A stretch of 63,737 nt of DNA, taken from positions 27,900,264 through 27,964,000 of the forward strand of contig NC_073390.1 in NCBI RefSeq assembly GCF_028641065.1, in the 5' to 3' direction. Positions 62,915 to 63,737 of this stretch are shown one piece after another. The position numbers and the translations under genes are program-made. Under the pieces are notes generated by a model. It made no database searches, had not been told where the DNA came from, and saw only the letters and a list, made by a program, of their open reading frames with translations. The DNA comes from Leucoraja erinacea (Eukaryota). Each line of letters begins with the position of its first letter. Within the stretch, counting starts at the first letter, position 1.

Positions 62915-63729
62915 CAGTAGCGTGGGGGAAGAGGGGCGGTTGCCCCGGGCGCTAAATCTTTAGGGGCGCAAAAATATTGTTGGATAAAAACAAATTATAA
63001 AATGGCAAAATAAATTGTTCTAAAGGCACGCTGCACCTCTTTGGCAGCCTTCCCCTGAATTATTGTAATAAAATGTAAATTCTTTTGCCATTTTATAATT
63101 TTTTTTTATCCAACAAATTTTTTGCGCCCCTAAAAATGTATCCAACAATTTTAACCAACCAGCGATCTCTGCGCCGAGGCCGCCGCCGCTGTCCCAGCCG
63201 CCGCTGTCGCCCGCTGGGCCAGCGGTCGGGTCGAGTGGCCGCTGCCACCGGAACGTGCCCCAGCTCCGAGTTCTGGTCGCCGCTGTCCCAGCTCCGAGGC
63301 CAGGTCGCCGCTGCCGCTGTCAAAGCCTCCGCTGGCGTTGCCCAGCTCCGAGTTCTGGTCGCCGCTGCCCCAGCTCCGAGGCCGCCAGCTCCGCCATTAG
63401 GCCTCGGCGCAGGCGCAGACGGGGGATACGACAAAAGAAGTCGCATCCCCCAAAGGAAGAGACCAAAAAAAAAAGAGACCCCCCCCCCCCATAATGAACC
63501 AAAAATCAACCAAACAGGACAAAAGAACAACACAAAAAAAAGAAGAAAAAAACAGACAGACTGCAGGCGAGCCGCAGCTGCTAAGGCAGCGCCGCCATCT
63601 TTTTGTTAGGTTGAGAAAATAAATACAAAACTTGGATTTATAACAGCTCATGGGCTATGGCTAGCCGCTAATGAGGAGGCGCAATATTTTAAACTGCCCC
63701 AGGCGCTCAAAACCCACCCTAAGCCACTG
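62915..63729 (+). mobile_element. Non-autonomous hAT-like element
   Basis: Termini CAGTAGCGTGGGG / CCCACCCTAAGCCACTG. 8-bp TSD tatgagag/tatgatag. Confidence 0.65.
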
Positions 63730-63737
63730 TATGATAG

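Overview
Vertebrate genomic DNA, most likely a cartilaginous fish (skate/ray), inferred from V-SINE/HER1-like SINEs, CR1 3' ends, Penelope-like elements and Rex1. It carries the D2HGDH-ING5-DTYMK block in the same order and orientation as human 2q37.3. D2HGDH lies on the minus strand (coding exons 2-8 in the window, exons 9-10 beyond position 1). ING5 is on the minus strand and complete (8 coding exons, 717 nt, 238 aa). DTYMK is on the plus strand (exons 1-2). All exons were placed by hand from GT-AG boundaries, reading phase and protein similarity. Unusual features: (1) a 2.5-kb Tigger/pogo element with an uninterrupted 585-aa DD32D transposase, in sense, just downstream of ING5 exon 3, with imperfect TIRs, a splice acceptor and a poly(A) signal (candidate domesticated TIGD/jerky-like gene or exon trap); (2) a family of 22-38 bp CAAAGA...TCTTTG micro-insertions, each with a perfect 8-bp target-site duplication, found near all three promoters; (3) an intact DTYMK exon 3 lying upstream of DTYMK exon 1; (4) a decayed ZFP36/TIS11 gene copy in a D2HGDH intron; (5) two Tx1/L1-like tails inserted at the same site of a Rex1 element. 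The rest is dense nested transposable elements. Most short ORFs in the track are spurious or TE-derived. Repeat family names come from recalled motifs, not database searches.
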